DNA of 31,195 bases from Vicinamibacteria bacterium (lineage in GTDB: Bacteria; Acidobacteriota; Vicinamibacteria; Marinacidobacterales; Marinacidobacteraceae): positions 1 through 31,195 of the forward strand of contig CAXXLQ010000003.1 in NCBI GenBank assembly GCA_963668695.2, written 5' to 3'. Numbering within the stretch: position 1 is the first letter of the stretch; the number at the start of each line of letters is the position of its first letter. The translations under genes and the position numbers were made by a program. This document shows positions 28,756-31,195 of this stretch, in pieces. Under the pieces are notes generated by a model. The model did no database searches, had not been told where the DNA came from, and was given only the letters and a program-made list of their open reading frames with translations.

Positions 28756-31195
28756 ATGAACCGACCCCCCTGGACAACCCTCGTTCTCGCGGCCGCCGTC
28801 CTGTTTCCGGCATTTGCTCTTCCCCAGGAAGGCGAGGCCCCGGCCATCACCGAGGACCTCCTGTCCGGCCTGGAGCTCCGCGCCATCGGGCCCGCGTCGC
28901 GTTCCGGGCGGATCGCCGACGTGGCCATCGATCCGAACGACACGTCCACCTGGTACGTCGCGGTCGCCTCCGGGAACGCCTTCAAGACCACGAATCGCGG
29001 CACCACCTGGGAACCCATCTTCGAGAACTACCCGGTGTATTCCACCTCGACGGTGGTGGTGGATCCGTCCAACTCGAACGTCGTGTGGCTCGGCACGGGC
29101 GAGAACAACGGCCAGCGGTCGGTCCCCTACGGGAACGGCGTCTGGCGGAGCCGCGACGCCGGGGCTTCGTTCGAGCACATGGGGCTCGACGAGTCGGAGC
29201 ACATCGGGAAGATCGTGCTCGACCCGCGCGACAGCCAGACCGTCTGGGTCGCGGCGCAGGGACCGCTGTGGCGGGCCGGCGGCGACCGGGGCCTCTACAA
29301 GACGACGGATGGCGGCGCCAACTGGGAGCATGTCCTCCGCATTTCGGATGACACCGGCGTCAGCGACGTGGTCCTCGACCCGAGGAACCCGGACATCGTG
29401 TACGCCAGCGCCTGGCAGCGGCGGCGGCACACCGGGCTCCAGATCGCGGGCGGCCCCGAAGGGGGTATCCACAAGTCCGAGGACGGCGGCACCACCTGGC
29501 GGCGGCTCAGCCGCGGGCTCCCCTCCCCGGATCGGCAGGACATCGGCCGCATCGGGCTCGCGATCTCGCCGCACGATCCCGACGTCGTCTACGCCCAGAT
29601 CGCGGCCTCCGACGACGGCTACGGGTTCTACGCCTCCACCGACCGCGGCGAGAGCTGGGAGAAACGGAGCGACTACTTCGTCACCGATCCGCAGTACTAC
29701 ATGGAGATCTTTGCCGATCCGCACCGGCCGGGCCGGCTCTACTCCATGGACACCTACACCCGCGTCTCCGATGACGACGGCAGGACCTGGCGGCGGCTGA
29801 ACACCCAGTGGAAGCACGTGGACCACCACGACCTGGAATTCGACCCCGATGACCCGAACTACCTGATGATGAGCACCGACGGCGGTCTCTACGAGAGCTG
29901 GGACCTCGGCGAGCACTGGAAATACCACGCCAACCAGGCGCTCACCCAGTTCTACCGGGTCGGGATCGACAACGACTTCCCGTTCTACCGGGTCTATGGC
30001 GGCACCCAGGACAACGCCACCATGGCCGGCCCCTCGCGCACCATCAACGTGCACGGCATCCTCAACAGCGACTGGGTGGACGTGCGGGGCGGCGACGGAT
30101 TCCAGGCGCGGGTGGATCCCGAAGACCCAAACATCGTCTACGCCCAGTCCCAGTACGCCGGGATCGTCCGCTTCGATCACCGCACCGGGGAACGGGTGGA
30201 CATCCAGCCGCAGCCGGAACCCGACGACCCGCCGCTGAAGTGGAACTGGGACTCCCCGCTGATCATTTCCCCGCACAACTCCAAGCGGCTCTACTTCGGC
30301 GCCAACCGCCTCTACCGGAGCGACGACGGGGCGAACACCTGGACTCCGCTTGGCGAGGACCTCACCCGCGGCATCAACCGGGCCGAGCGGCTCGTGATGG
30401 GCAGGACCTGGAGCGTGGACGCGGTCTGGCGGAATCGCGCCACCTCCACCTACGGGAACATGGTGGCGCTCGACGAGTCGCCGCTCGTCGAAGGGTTGCT
30501 CTACACCGGGATGGACGACGGGCGCATCCAGATTTCCGGTGACGGGGGGCTCGAATGGCGGGCGGTGGACACCGTCCCCGGCGTGCCGCCACTCACCTAC
30601 GTGGCGGACCTCCACGCCTCGCGCCACCGGGAGAACACGGTCTACGCGGTCTTCAACAACCACAAGCAGGGCGACTTCGCCCCCTACGTAGTGCGGAGCG
30701 ACGATCGCGGCGTCACCTGGGAAGACATCACCGGCGACCTGCCGGACGACCAGCTCGCCTGGACGGTCGTCGAGGATCCGGTGCAGCAAGGCCTGCTGTT
30801 CCTCGGCACCGAGTTCGGGCTCTTCGTGACGCTCGACGACGGTGGGCACTGGGTGCGGCTGAAGGGCGGCCTGCCGACCATCGCGATCCGGGACCTCGAG
30901 ATCCAGACGCGGGAAAACGACCTGGTCGCGGCGTCCTTCGGCCGCAGCTTCTTCATCCTCGACGACTACACGCCGCTGCGGCACCTCTCGGCGGAGACCC
31001 TGGCGGCCGGCGGCACCGTGTTCCCGGTCAAGGACCCCTGGATGTACATCGAGGCGAACCCGCTGGGCGGCGGCGAGAAGTCACAGCGCGGCGACGCCTT
31101 CTACACGGCGCCCAACCCGCCGTTCGGGGCGGTGGTGACGTACCACCTGAAGGAGGACGTGCTTTCGCTGAGAGAGCAGCGGCGGAAGCGGGAGC
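28756..31195 (+). CDS. Second VPS10/BNR paralog, runs off the window end
   Basis: GAGGA RBS, ATG 28756 (MNRPPWTTLVLAAAVLFPAFA); collinear and highly similar to 24218..26650. Confidence 0.9.
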   Translation, partial: MNRPPWTTLVLAAAVLFPAFALPQEGEAPAITEDLLSGLELRAIGPASRSGRIADVAIDPNDTSTWYVAVASGNAFKTTNRGTTWEPIFENYPVYSTSTVVVDPSNSNVVWLGTGENNGQRSVPYGNGVWRSRDAGASFEHMGLDESEHIGKIVLDPRDSQTVWVAAQGPLWRAGGDRGLYKTTDGGANWEHVLRISDDTGVSDVVLDPRNPDIVYASAWQRRRHTGLQIAGGPEGGIHKSEDGGTTWRRLSRGLPSPDRQDIGRIGLAISPHDPDVVYAQIAASDDGYGFYASTDRGESWEKRSDYFVTDPQYYMEIFADPHRPGRLYSMDTYTRVSDDDGRTWRRLNTQWKHVDHHDLEFDPDDPNYLMMSTDGGLYESWDLGEHWKYHANQALTQFYRVGIDNDFPFYRVYGGTQDNATMAGPSRTINVHGILNSDWVDVRGGDGFQARVDPEDPNIVYAQSQYAGIVRFDHRTGERVDIQPQPEPDDPPLKWNWDSPLIISPHNSKRLYFGANRLYRSDDGANTWTPLGEDLTRGINRAERLVMGRTWSVDAVWRNRATSTYGNMVALDESPLVEGLLYTGMDDGRIQISGDGGLEWRAVDTVPGVPPLTYVADLHASRHRENTVYAVFNNHKQGDFAPYVVRSDDRGVTWEDITGDLPDDQLAWTVVEDPVQQGLLFLGTEFGLFVTLDDGGHWVRLKGGLPTIAIRDLEIQTRENDLVAASFGRSFFILDDYTPLRHLSAETLAAGGTVFPVKDPWMYIEANPLGGGEKSQRGDAFYTAPNPPFGAVVTYHLKEDVLSLREQRRKRE

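Noticed and set aside
19778-30984. Large antisense ORFs (19778..20905, 23002..24474, 24197..25732, 28624..30984)
   Set aside because: Mirror frames of well-supported plus-strand genes, with no motifs of their own.

Overview
High-GC bacterial chromosomal window. The gene content (DUF507 pair, VWA/TPR pair, DUF5916, VPS10-like propellers) suggests Acidobacteriota, which is an inference. Core genes are mmsA, gap, pgk, tpiA, secG, hsp20, tRNA-Asp and tRNA-Leu. They are interspersed with defence/accessory genes: a frameshifted MmeI-type RM gene, vapBC, an orphan HicB-like gene, an AbiE-like pair, a decayed ATP-grasp + membrane-protein pair splitting gap from pgk, and a PD-(D/E)xK nuclease between two tandem VPS10-like paralogs. 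An Rdx-family selenoprotein (CxxU, in-frame UGA plus SECIS-like hairpin) is missed by the ORF track. The non-coding DNA holds three repeat layers: a TA-flanked ~180-bp MITE family (6 loci, some nested), a REP-like family (5 copies), and a 16-nt unit CAGTTCTCCCGGTGGG. That unit occurs 14 times, only inside MITE/REP copies, at about 7 distinct sites and in both orientations, while unit-free versions of the host sites are also present. It is the best candidate for an undescribed system, but no enzyme responsible is visible in the window.
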